Shown piece after piece: positions 48,453-61,749 of a stretch of DNA of 64,000 nt. Each line of letters opens with the position of its first letter. Positions within the stretch are counted from its first letter, which is position 1. Both the position numbers and the translations under genes were made by a program. Origin of the DNA: Blepharisma stoltei ATCC 30299 (lineage: Eukaryota; Protista; Ciliophora); the NCBI GenBank assembly GCA_965603825.1, contig CBFDEM010000003.1:511709-575708 (forward strand), in the 5' to 3' direction. The notes beneath the pieces were generated by a model. The model was not told the origin of the DNA and ran no database searches. It saw only the letters and a list, made by a program, of their open reading frames with translations.

Positions 48453-48666
48453 TTATTAGTGTTTTAATATAAATTAAACATACTTAAGCCATGTCAATGT
48501 CTGAAAACTTTTTATTATTTTTACTCATTTAGTATCAAGATCTTAAAATCTAAAGGCCAAAAGAACACAATACCTGTGGCATTTTATTTTTTTAATTTTA
48601 TAGATTTTATGAAAAACTGCTTTGGTAACCAAAATTTATTCTTCTAATTATTGCGATAATTTTAAT

Positions 48667-49977
48667 TTATTTTAAGATCTTAAGATTCTTCAATTGTTTG
48701 TTTTTCAAATTAAACTGGATAAGCCTGTAATCGCAAGTTATAAAGTAAAAACTATCTTCAAACAGCAAAGAATATGAATAGTGAGGATTCCCTTCTGAAA
48801 ATACTGGATTAATTCAAAGTGAAAATGCGCTGTGTGCTTTAATTGATGTTCATGTATTGATATCGTTGAAGCCGCTTTCATAGCAATTCCTATTGTGATC
48901 AATTACATATGCTTTATTTTTAGTGGCTAAGCAGGTTTTTCCTGTATTTGAATTTAATGTAATTGGGGCATTATTATATAAATTTTTTGAAATATTGTAT
49001 ACTGATACATAAGGAGACTCAAAACCAGCAATTAATATCTCATTATTAATAAATGCGCAAGAAATAAATCTATTATTTGGTACTGGATACTCTGCAAGCG
49101 CTTCTCACTTTTTTGATTTTAATGAAAATTTAAATGAAGCATTTCCAGTTCCTCCGATCATATACACAAAATCATCAACTGCAATGAGTCCAGAATTGCA
49201 ACTGTATTGATAAGAATCGAAAGTGATTATTGAATTATTTTGAGTTATGATAAAAGTTTCTGATTGAAAGCAGCAAAAAATAGAGCCACCTTTTAGCAAG
49301 CAAGTTGGGTCAAATAATTCTTGATTTTTATTGATATTCAGTGGAATAAACTGTTGCGACACCAGATTCACAGCAAATAGTTTCTCACCTCTAAAATATT
49401 TTATAATCGGCTCTGTTTTTATAGGGTTAATTGCTTCAATATTATCAATCTCAAATAAATCTTTTGTTTCTTTAACAGTAAAGAGATTTTCAATCTCATC
49501 TTTAAAACTCTTGCTATTAATCTTGATTATATCTTCTTGGAATTTTATTTTTGATGCGTCTTCAGCTGACAATTTTAATAGTAATTCGATAAAGCTCTTA
49601 CTATTTGAATTATTGACTTCTTGTAAGGTATGACACAAATATGTATATTCATCTAACTTTTTTTCTATGCTTAAAAGCTTTTCTAGTGATTTAGTAGTTG
49701 CTTCGTTTATTTGCTTTATCAATAATGATGATTCTTGGACAATTTTAAATCGATTCTGCTTTGCTTGGAGCTTTAAACCTCTTAAAAGTCCATAAATTAT
49801 TATTTTGGCTTGAGGATCAATATTTTTCATGATTTTAGTGAAATGGTGCTTTCCAACTGATTCTCCGTGTTCACCTAGGTGCTCTGAGCACAAAAACACT
49901 TGTTTATCAGAACAGTCACATTCATAAGTTGGCTTATTTTTGCAGTTCATTGAACAAGCCAAAGCTTCATTTACCAT
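48667..49977 (-). CDS. Zn-finger (B-box-like) / coiled-coil / Kelch-like propeller protein (436 aa)
   Basis: CSMNCKNKPTYECDC...LCSEHLGEH...H, coiled coil, VYMIGG...K(TGA) Kelch-like blades; reads through three TGA to TAA 48667. Confidence 0.85.
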
Positions 49978-51256
49978 TTAATATTATAAGTCCACAAAAT
50001 AAGGAATTTTATATATTAAAATGAGAACATATAATTTAATAGTAGAATTGAGCTAATAGACCAATTGGTTTATTAAAAATTTAAGAATTAGTGCCTTTAG
50101 GCTTTAGTGAATTTTTCTTGTAAATTTCAATTATTTCTTTATAGTTGTTTTAGGGTTGAGCTGCTGCATCAACTTTTTTAAATCATTCACTATCCACTAT
50201 ATGATCTTTCACTTTTCCCGCAATTTTAAAATAGCACTGCCAATTTTTCCCATAAATAATTTATCGATTTTTTGCAACTCGATTAAGTAAATTTTTCAAT
50301 GAACTCCTTTTGCTATATAACTTTTTAAGGCTCTTCAATTCTTATTAATTTTTTCTAAATCTGATACGTCAATACTTAAGGGGATTTTCAAATTGAGATC
50401 TCTATAAGGCATTGCAAAATTGGAGTAATTAATAAGCAAGCTTATAAATCTGAAAATTTACTGTCTCTGAGTAGCCTAAGGCAACGTCTTTGATAAGGGA
50501 AATACCTATATTCAGCTAGTTAATTGATTTTTATATTTTGCATCATAATCCTGCTCTCTAAGATTTTCTATTTTTCCCGAAAGTGCTTAGGCATTAGAAG
50601 TCTTTATCTCGAGAATCTTGGAAGAAATCTGTGTATTTTGTTTTGATATGCTTCACGATTAATGATGGTTTTTTGAAAATTTTTAAATCAACTTCAGCTA
50701 GATGGCTCTTATTTGAATAAAGATTTAGGGCCATTCACTATTGTTTTGATTTACGTCAATCGCATATAAGTTAATTATTATAATTCTTATTGCTATGAAG
50801 AGTTTTGACAGAGATCCCAAAAAATATTGGCTAATTATTTTATATGCTTATTTTAATATCATTTCTACAGAAAACAAAGTTATGAAGAAAATAATCCTGC
50901 TGATCAAAATAACTTTGAATGAAAATATTTTAATTTATTTAATGTTGCTTTAAATCATTTCTATAGGAAATTGTTTATATTTTGCTATTTTTGCTGCTAC
51001 TTATGCCTGATAAACGTTAGATATAATTTTGGAAGTAGCCTTCAGTTAAGATCTTATTGAAACAATTTGGAAAAATTATTATCTAGATGTTGGGTTAGTA
51101 ACTCTATTTAAATTATATTTACTGTGTTACTCACTGATTTATGATGACTTTGGTCAATTTAGAATTTTATTTAAGTCCAATGAGAATCCAAAGTCTTACG
51201 CATTGTGAGTTAATAATTAAAAATATCTTAATCGATATAGACCTGGTGAAATAAAT

Positions 51257-53095
51257 ATGCAAGAAAGATTCGCTATAATTCTTCTTTGGCTGGGATTTTC
51301 GATTCAATCTTTAGCATCGCAGGATCATCATGAAATTCCTAAATACTTCTTAAGAAGCTTAGCTGGTCCCAATAATGGAATTTACGACCCTCTAAAAATT
51401 TCATTAGAGGTCGATGAAAGTTCTTTTCAAAATACTCAGTCAGATAAGGCTGTAAAAGAGGCTGCTGCTACAACAGCCTCAATTTTTTTAGATTTAGTAC
51501 TTTCTCAACCTTCAAAAGAAGCTATCAAGCTTGGAGAGAAAATCCAATGTGACGACTTTTTAATTCGTCAAATTGTAAAAAGTCAAGGAATTAATGCAGA
51601 TTTCGCCTGGCACATCACTTACAGCAATAAATCTGAAAAAGAGATGGCTACAATAAAGAAATGCGAAAATGGCAGTCAACTTCTAGCCGTGTCGATTGCG
51701 ATCAACTTAGAAAAATTTTTAAAACTTGAAACCGTTTCTCAGGTAAAATTTTTATCCTCAGCTCTTGCAAATATCATTTTCGAAGATGATCTAATACGGA
51801 ATCAATTGCTAAGTGAAATCGAAGATTACTTGCAACATTTGACTGAATATTCAGCATCAGAGTGCATAACAAATTGCTTTTCTTGCTTATCAGATACAAT
51901 ATGCTCAATTTGCGATACCAATTATTATCTCAACGCCAATGGCACTCAGTGTTGTCTAGTGAAATCATGTGGAACTTGTACTAATCCCAATCAGTGCGAT
52001 TCATGCCCTAATAGATATTATTTAAGTAATAATGGACAATGCTTACCATGCCTTGATCAAAATTGTGCACAATGCACTTCGACAGCTTGCACAGAATGCT
52101 ATTCTGAATTCTATGTAACAGGAAATGAATACTGCAATCAATGCCCTCAAGGATGTGCACTTTGTGAAGCTTCTGCTCCTAAATATAATCCAGTATGCAG
52201 TCAATGCTGAGATCCAGAAAATTCTCACATGGTAAATGGCTTATGTAGTTGCATAAAGCCTAATCAAGTTTATAGTATTGATTGAGGTGATAAATGTGTT
52301 TGCAATACTGGTTTTTATCAAGATTCTAATGGAAATTGCCAAACATGTGGCCTTGGCTGTATGTTCTGTTCATCTGTAAGTCGGTGCCAAACTTGTTATG
52401 ACTTCAATAATATGGCCATTAATTCAGATGGAACCTGTTCTTGCACTAATAGTTTTCTTCATTTTGATACAACTACTAATACTTGCAGCTGTCCTAATTC
52501 CCAATACCTTAATGAGCGCACCAACTTTTGTGAGCCTTGTCAAATCGGTTGTGCCTCTTGCTACAGTCAAGCCAATTGTTATGAATGTGTCAATAACAAT
52601 ATTTTGACTATACAAGGAGGATATTGCGTATGCCTTGATAATACAAAAGTTTATGACAATACAACTAGTTCTTGTGTTCCTTGCCCGACTGGACAGTATG
52701 CTCAGGAAGGTGAATGCATGCCATGCCAGTCTGGCTGTACATGCTCAGGTTCTAATGAATGTGAAGCATGCCTTCCGGGCCTTCATTTATCAGCAAACTC
52801 AGACAATTGTGTATGTGATGAAGCCTTTACAATTTTTAATCCAACTAAGGGCTCTTGTGCAAGTTGTGATCCTAGCCAGCCTGCATGTGATAATAATTGC
52901 ATTTTAGGATGCGAAGTATGCTCAGATTATCAAACGTGCAAAAAATGTTTTGGAGACGAAGAGTTAGTTAATGGAGTATGCATCTGTAAAGATCATACGA
53001 AAACATTTAACCCTACTAAGAAAGGATGTACTGGGGTTAGTTCTGCAAAGGGGCTAGCTTTGGTTTGGATTTTGACTCTTTATGTGGCCATTTAA
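51257..53095 (+). CDS. Secreted/GPI-anchored Cys-rich surface protein (612 aa)
   Basis: Signal peptide, ~180-aa non-repetitive domain, CxxC furin-like repeats, C-terminal SSAKGLALVWILTLYVAI GPI-like signal; two TGA. Confidence 0.9.
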
Positions 53096-54759
53096 TCTAA
53101 ATTTAATTCTTCAGTAAAGATAAGATATACAAGTAATTAGGCTGCTTGATAGTTGAAATAGATAAATCTCTCTGGGGCGTTCCTTTTTTGGATATATCAT
53201 ATTTTCATGAAGTTTTTATTTTAATTCTAATAATTATTTAGAAGTCCTATGTGGTTTAATAAAGAAGCTATGTTTAGTAAACATAATAATTTTTTTAATT
53301 AGAAATTGTTTCTATATTTTTTGATATAGAAGTGAGGAATTATTTCTATCTCCTCTTTAAATTATCTTAAAGTTATTTTAGTGCTATATCTTGCTTTAAA
53401 ACTCTTAGTTTATAAATATAGTCCCAGAATCCTTAAAGATTCGCATTGGGATTCATTTGTACTTTGAATCTGAAATCGTTGTTTCACAAAGTTTTAGCCG
53501 GCATATGGCTATACAAACTAAATCGATTTTGGCGAGCTTAAACTATTAAATGTGTCACGCTTTATGTGTAAGCATTATGAATTTATTTTTATATCAGCAT
53601 CTTCTTCCTATATTATGTTTAGCTTTCAGCTTCTTGCCAATCTTATGATTTGAAACTTTTTTACTTATAATATCTTTCTATCGTAAAGAAATCTCTGAAA
53701 TAGCCCTTCCCCAACTTTCTTCATAAAATGCATTAATTTTTTACAACTAGGTCTGGATTATTTACAAAGTTTTTATCTGAGCCCTTTTGCTGAAAAACTT
53801 TTAAGAACTTTTAACCCTCTTAATTTATCCCCAATAATTTTCCAGTTCTTGATCTTCCAAAAAGGGCTTCCATTTTTATCCCTTTCTCTTATTGATTTTC
53901 TTTGTGGGTTTCTTGATTTTCAATCTGCGAATTCCAAGGGCGATAAAAATTGAGGGACTAATAAACTTCTGCTTAAATGCCTTTTGAGGATCTATATTGA
54001 AATAAGTTATAGACCTTTATATTTATTTTACAGGCTATCATTAATTCTTCTCTAATCTTTTCTATTTTTTGAAAGGGTATAAGTTGCCATCTGAAGAAAG
54101 TTCAACAAATTTTTTTAGGTACATTTTTATGTTTCAGCAGGCTTTTTGGGATCTCCTAGAGCCAAAGCCTCTTCTTTTGAGTTCTTCCTTGAGGTCTCTG
54201 ACTTTACGATGTGATCAAATATTTCAAGGTTCAAGATCTTTTTCTATTTTTAATTTAGACCAAAATATAATCAGAGCTCATTCCTTATTATTTTGAGGGT
54301 TTTTAACAGACTTAATAAATATCAGTTAAATAAATAATAATTATTAGTAATTATGCTTGCCATGATTATTTTATATTTATTCACCTAAAAAGCTATGAGA
54401 AAAATAAATGCCTTTATCTAAGGAATTTATCATTAAATATTTTATTTTATACAATTAAATCATTTCTATAGGATAATTTGTTATTTTTCTCTGGAATTAA
54501 ACTTGATAAACATAGAATTAATTTTAGAAGTAGCCTCAAACAAAGTTAATATTTTGCTGCAATTTGGAATATTACTACCTGTAATTATGGTAGCAGTTAC
54601 ATTTAAATTATAATTTTCCGTATCACTGAATTACGATCGTTTCACTAAATTAGGATTTTTATTTAAGTCTAAATAAAAATTAGAAGTCCTTCATATTATG
54701 GGTCAAATATCTTTAATGAATTAATGGCTATTCGATCTACAAAGACCTGATAAATAAAT

Positions 54760-56592
54760 ATGCAAGAAAGATTTGCTATGATTCTTCTTTGGTTGGGATT
54801 TTCGATTCAATCTTTAGCATCGCAGGATCATCAAGAAATTCCGAAATACTTCTTAAAAAGTGGAGCTGGTCCTGATGATGGAATTTACTACCCTCTAAAA
54901 ATTTCATTAGAGGTCGATGAGAGTTCTTTTCAAAATACTCAGTCAGATAAGGCTGTAAAAGAGGCTGCTGCTACAACAGCCTCAATTTTTTTAGATTTAG
55001 TACTTTCTCAACCTTCAAAAGAAGCTATCAAGCTTGGAGAGAAAATCCAATGTGACGACTTTTTAATTCGTCAAATTGTAAAAAGTCAAGGAATTAATGC
55101 AGATTTCGCCTGGCACATCACTTACAGCAATAAATCTGAAAAAGAGATCGTTACAATAAAGAAATGCGAAAATGGCAGTCAACTTCTTGCCGTGTCGATT
55201 GCGATCAACTTAGAGAAATTTTTAAAACTTGAAACGGTTTCACAAGTAAAATTTTTATCCTTAACTCTTGCAAGCACCATTTTCGAAGATGGTTTAATTC
55301 GAAATCAACTCCTCAGTGAAATCGAAGACTACTTGCAGCATCTGACTGAAAATCTATCAGATGTCTGCATAGCCAATTGCTTTAGCTGCGTAGATTCAAC
55401 AACATGCTCAGTTTGTAATGAATATTATTATCTCAACGCCAACGACACTCAGTGCTGTGGTTTCCCGCATTGTGAAACTTGCAACAAAGGAAATTATTGC
55501 GATTCTTGCGTTGAAGGATCTTATTTCAGCAATGGAAATTGCCTACCGTGCGTTTGAGAAAACTGCATAAATTGCAATGCGACAAACTGCTTAGGATGCC
55601 AGCCTGGATATTTTGTATTTAATGGAGTCTTCTGCTTTGCATGCTCTACAGGATGTGAATTGTGCAAATCTACTGGCATTGGAGTAGGCTCAGTATGCAC
55701 TCAATGTTACGATCCTGATCATTCTATACTTACAAACGGTGAATGCATCTGCACAAACCCAAATTTCGTTTTCGATCAAAACAATGTATGCGCCTGCCCC
55801 CCAGGTTTTTATGAAGGTCCTAATGAAAATTGCCTAGCATGCAATTTTGGCTGCGAAACCTGTACTTCCCCAGATCAGTGCACATTTTGTTTCGACAGCA
55901 ATAGCATGATCCCTCATGTAGACGGAAGCTGTTCATGTGCAAATGCCGTGCTTAAGTTTAATACAACTACTCATACTTGCAGCTGCCCTTATCGTGAATA
56001 TTTTAACTCTCAAAGCAATACTTGCGAGCTATGTCCAGATGCTTGTGCTTCTTGCTATAGCAGCACTGATTGCATTGATTGCGTTAATAACAATATTTTA
56101 ATTCCAGGAGGAGATAATTGCTATTGCATCGATAGCACAAAGGTATACGACAATACAACTGAAACTTGCGTTCCTTGCCCTGATGGAAAGTATGCTAATA
56201 ATGGAGTATGCGCCCCATGTGTTAACGGCTGTGCTACATGCACAACTTCTACTGAATGCACTTCATGCCTTCCCGGTATGCATCTTTATCAAAACACTTA
56301 TGCTTGCTTATGTAATGAAGCTTTTGATATATTTGATTCAGGCACGAACTCTTGCATAAGTTGCAACCCTAGTCAGAATGTTTGCACTAGTAATTGCTTT
56401 TTGGGATGCAAAGCGTGCACTGAATATCCGGCTTGCCAAACTTGTTTTGACGATGAAAAAATGTTCAATGAAGTCTGCATCTGTAAGGACCATGAAAAAG
56501 TATTTAACCCTGCTAAGCAAAAATGCGTGAATGTTAGCTCAGCAAAGGGGCTAACTTTGATTTGGATTTTGGTGCTTTATGCAGCCATCTAA
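54760..56592 (+). CDS. Secreted/GPI-anchored Cys-rich surface protein, tandem paralog (610 aa)
   Basis: Same architecture; N-terminal ~195 codons nearly identical to the 51257 copy; one TGA at 55555. Confidence 0.9.
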
Positions 56593-57370
56593 TCTAAATT
56601 TAAGCCTTTAGAATAGATAAGATATACTAGTAGCTAAGACGTATATAGTAGAATTTAGAAGTAGTAAAACTTGCAATAGATATTCCATTTTTTTATATAT
56701 CACGCTTCTGCAATGGCATACAGATAAATTTGTGATTTTTATTTAATTTCTAAGAGGATTAAAAGCCCTATTTGGTCTTTTGATAAAGCAGCTAGACTTT
56801 GTAAATACTTATACGCATTAGCAGTTGCTTCAATCTTTTCATTTTTTGATATAGAAGATTTTTCTATCTAGCTCTATAAAATTATCTGAAAAAAGTCAGT
56901 TCAATTAATATTGGTTGAGAAATGCTTGCAGGATTACTTTTTTGAGATCTTTTAAGTTATCGATAATGCTGCTTAATTTCTTCTACAGGCTTAAATCAGC
57001 ATCTTCAGTGTTGATGCAGAGTAGGGGTAGGCTTTGCTATGTACTCAAAAGCGTGATCTTTGTAAATAAAACCATTCCTTCGCATTAACGCTTTCCATTG
57101 AGCTTGCGTTTACGATCGATAATCTTTTAAGCATTTGCAGTTAAGAGACTTTTGTAGGTTTATAATAGAATTCAAGATTAAAAATGCTTAATTAATCAGA
57201 CTGAAATTATTCTTCAATAGAGCTTATATAGATTTATTCAGATTTTAAGTATTAGATCAAGGCGTCGGCTTATATATAGGCATTTTAGAAATCTCCTCAT
57301 AAGCTTCTTATAAAGATTATCCATCTTTTTATTACATTTTTAAATTTTAATTATTCCCGAAATTTATTAA

Positions 57371-58663
57371 ATGAACAATCACTGCTTTAAACTAGACTGC
57401 AAAAATCAAGTATACGGTAAATGTGAATGCCAAGGGAAAACTCTATTCTGCTATGAACATCTTGCTGAGCATGTAGAGTTCTCAAGTCCAAGAGGGCATC
57501 AGTGCATAAGAAATTATTTTAAGCCATCGCCAGAACTTATAAATCCAATTATTCAAAAAATGTTAGAAATTTCTAGCGATTTAAAGCTTTTTAGAAATCA
57601 GATGGTGCAGAATTCATATGAGATTATCAAGAGCGTCAAAAAGCACTTAGATATTTTTATGGAGGAAATAAATAAAATAGAACTAAAGTGCAAAAGAATG
57701 GTGGAAATATTGCAAGGAGAGGGGAAAATCCTAGACATTTTTTCTGAAAATGATATAGAAAATATATTAAAACTTGATATACAACAGGCTCAACAAAAGT
57801 TATTAGGGTGAAATAAAAATCTACAAATAAATAATAATGGAATCATAGATTCAATCAATAAATTCTTTGAAATACCTTGAGATCCTTTCAGAAAACAAAT
57901 AAAAGATGTTGTCGAATCTAAAGATTTATCTTTTTTTAGACATAAAACAAAAGATTTTATCACAGTTAATCTTGAAAATTTTCAGATAACAACTGTGGCT
58001 TTAGATTTGCCACAAGTAATTGCTGGGTATGATTATAGCTGTTTTATGCTTCCTAATAAAAGCTACTTTTACTATTTAAATGGAAGAAGCTTTGGCTTTA
58101 TTTTCATTATAGATGAGCATAGAAACATTACAACATTAACTGAAGCCAAAATAAATTATTATGTTGACCTAATTATTATAGAAAACTCTGTTTATATAAT
58201 TGGAGGGAGAAATAATTTAGCAGAAAAATATGATATGGGAAGCAATAAATGAGAAAGATTGGCCTCTTTGCCAAATAACTTGAATTTTGATATAAGCTGC
58301 AATATACAGTTTGATCATTCAATTCTTATAACAGGGTATTATTTACAGAAAATAATAAGCTACTGCACTATTCACAATAAATATAAAGAACTTTCTGATA
58401 TTATTCTACAAGAAAAATGCTATAAAATATTTATTAGTGGCAATGATAAGATCTATGCTATAGAACAAGGAGGAAAAAATTATGAAAGTGAGATAAATGA
58501 TGTATCAAGATGAAATATTATTGGCTGCAATAATATGCCATCAAACTATTTGCAATCTGTTAAAGTCAGATATAAAAATGATATTTATTTTGTCCAATAT
58601 AGCGATATTCTTTGGAAATTTGATCTTTCTTCGAAGCAGCTATCTCAAATCAAGGCAGTTTAA
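57371..58663 (+). CDS. Zn-finger / coiled-coil / Kelch-like protein (430 aa)
   Basis: CFKLDCKNQVYGKCEC...FCYEHLAEH...H; VYIIGGRNNLAEKYD...K(TGA); single frame to TAA 58663. Confidence 0.88.
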
Positions 58664-59210
58664 GAGAAAAATTTCAGGTATCTTTGGAGCTATTTAGAAC
58701 ATATAGATAAATTACTAATAAAAAATTTATCATTAAAATCCAAATTAAAATTTTATTTATGTATTAATAGATATAAAAACTCTAATAATTTTTCATATTA
58801 ATTATTCTATAGATTTAGATATACGAGTAATTTTGGTTAAGAAATACTTGCTAATTTTCTCTTTTATCATGTTTTTCGAGGAATTTTAAGTTATCGATAA
58901 TGCTGTTTAATTTCTTCTACAGGGTTAAATCAGCATGTTGAGTGTTGATGCACAATAGGAGTTGGCTCGGTTATATGCATAAAAGCTAATCTTTGTCAAA
59001 TAATACTTTTTTTTGCATTCGAGCTTTCCATTAAGCTTGTTTTTATAACCATTTTGAAGCACTACTACTACTACTACTAAAGATATTTGTAAGTGTATAA
59101 TAGAATTCAAAATTAAAAATTGCTTAATTAATTATACTTAAATTGTTCTTCAATAGTGTTTATATAGATTTATGAGATTATAAGTATTAGATTAAGGCAT
59201 CTACTTATAT

Positions 59211-59370
59211 GTCGAGCTATAGACCTAGTCCAGAGCAAAAAATTAATTTTAGATTTGGGCTTAATCATGCTGGGCTTAAGCTTAAATGTCTTTACTTTTT
59301 TAATCATTTCAGAGATAAATTATTCATGTGCTATCACTCTTATCGCCTTATAAATTATTTCAATTTAAAT
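59211..59370. other. ~160-bp insertion at a (TA)n site, present in only one of two duplicated upstream regions
   Basis: Copy 1 (~57267-57288) reads ggct-TATATATA-ggcattttag. Copy 2 has ctact-TATAT[160 bp]ATA-ggcattttag. Confidence 0.7.
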
Positions 59371-59465
59371 ATAGGCATTTTAGAGATCTCCTCATAAGCT
59401 TCTTATAAAGATTATCCATCTTTTATTTTTTATTTTTAAATTTTAATTATTCCGAGTATTATTAA

Positions 59466-60766
59466 ATGAACAATCACTGCTTTAAATTAGGCTGTAAAAA
59501 TCAAGTATACGGTAAATGTGAATGCCAAGGGAAAACTCTATTCTGCTATGAGCACCTTGCTGAGCATGTAGAGTCCTTAAGTCCAAGTCCAAGAGGGCAT
59601 CAGTGCATAAGAAACTATTTTAAGCCATCGCCAGAACTTAAAAATCCAGTTATTCAAAAAATTTTAGAAATTTCTAGCGATTTAAAGCTTTTTCGAAATC
59701 TGATGGTGCAGAATTCCTTTGAGATTATCACGAACGTCAAAAAGCACTTAGATATGTTTATGAAGGAAATAAATAAAATAGAACTAAAGTGCAAAAGAAT
59801 GGTGGAAATATTGCTAAAAGGGGAGGAAACCCTAGATATTTTTTCTGAAAATGATATAGAAAATATATTAAAACTTGATATACAACAGGCTCAACAAAAG
59901 TTATTAGGGTGAAATAAAAATCTACAAATAAATAATAATGGAATCATAGATTCAATCAATAAATTTTTTGAAACACCTTGAAATCCTTTCAGAAAGCAAG
60001 TAAAAGATGTTGTCGAATCTAAAGATTTATCATTTTTTAAGCATAAAACAAAAGATTTTATCACAGTAAATCTTGAAAATTTTCAGATGACAACTATAAC
60101 TTTAGATTTGCCACAAGTAATTACTGGGCACGATAATAACTTTTTTATGCTTCCTGATAGAAGTTATTTTTACTCTTTAAATAGAAAAAGCTCTGGCCTT
60201 ACTTTCATTATAGATCAGAATAGAAAAATTAAAAAATTAACTGAAGCCAAAATAAATTATCATGCTGACCTAATTATTATAGAAAACTCTGTTTATTTAA
60301 TTGGAGGGAGAAATAATTTAGCAGAAAAATATGACATGGGAAGCAATAAATGAGAAAGATTGGCCTCTTTTTGCCAAGTAACTTGAATTTTGATATAAGC
60401 TGTAATGTACAGTTTGATCATTCAATTCTTATAACAGGGTATTATTTACAGAAAATAATAAGCTACTGCACTATTCACAATAAATATAAAGAACTTTCTA
60501 ATATAACGATGCAAGAAAGATGCTATAAAATATTTATTAGTGGTAATGATAGGATCTATGCTATAGAGCAAGGAGGAAATATTTATGAAAGTGAGATAAA
60601 TGATGTATTAAGATGAAATATTATTGGTACCAACAATATGCCATCAAATTATTTACAATCTGTTAAAGTCAGATATAAAAATGATGTTTATTTTGTCCAA
60701 TATAGCGATCTTCTTTGGAAGTTTGACCTGGCTTCGAAGCAGCTATCTCAAGTCAAGGTGTTATAA
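59466..60766 (+). pseudogene. Frameshifted recent duplicate of 57371..58663 (or homopolymer assembly error)
   Basis: Highly similar to the upstream copy, but GCC TCT TTG CCA has become GCC TCT TTT TGC CA (+2 T at ~60368-60372), giving an early TAA. Confidence 0.7.
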
Positions 60767-61749
60767 AGCTTTATTATTTTACAGTTTCAGATAAAAGTTC
60801 CAAATAAATTTTTAATAGAATCTTTTGTGTTATTTAGAATCATATAGATAAATTACTAATAAAAAAAATTCCCTTAAAATTCAAAATAAAAATTTATTTA
60901 CAAGCTAAATACTAATACCTTGAATTAAAGTGTAAATTTCATGCAAAGCTTGAAATCTTTGCAAATAATATGGTACAGTTTTTTAATATTATTATATATA
61001 GTTCAAATCATAAAATGGCTGCACATTTTAATGACTACTTTTGTAATGCAAACTGATGCTGCTTTAGAATTATATTATATTAAGCAGAATATTGTTATTC
61101 TTAATCTAACTTCAGTCGCATCTCAGGCCAGGACATATAAAATTAATGATTATAATTTACAAATATTTTTATATGCATTATCAATATCTTAGCTAGAATA
61201 TCGATTTTTCACTTATTAACATAAGCTGAGAGGTAAATTGGGGTGTTAAAAGTATACGAAAAGGTATAAATTATGGAGCTACTCAAAATAGTTATGAAGA
61301 TTTTCCTAATTCGTGCTTAGTTCTGATTGCAATAAGTTAATCATAAAAGGAAATAATAGAATTTATTTTATAGAGAAAGCAGAGAGGATTTTTGAAAGTG
61401 ATGAGAACGATATATTAAGCTTAAAAATATAGTCAGCAGTTCTATTCCAAATAATAATCCTTTTGATTATAAGGCTGCCATTATTTTGTTCATTATCCTA
61501 GCAAGCTCTACAAATTAGATATAGTAATTGCCCTCAAAACAAATTTACATGTACAAATATTTAGTTTAATTTCTAAAAAGCTGCACTTAGTCTCATATAT
61601 TTTTATTTTGAAAAATCATATAAATAAAGCAACAGAATTAATTAAATTAGCTTGAATGCACATTAATAAAACTGTCTAACTCAGGCCATGGTATTATTAT
61701 GCTTATCTTAAGACAACATATTAAAAGTAAATCATCTTGATTTCTATAA

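Noticed and set aside
59061-59079. (ACT)6 microsatellite and ORF 58925..59110(-)
   Set aside because: Simple slippage repeat within the duplicated upstream region; the poly-Val ORF is incidental.
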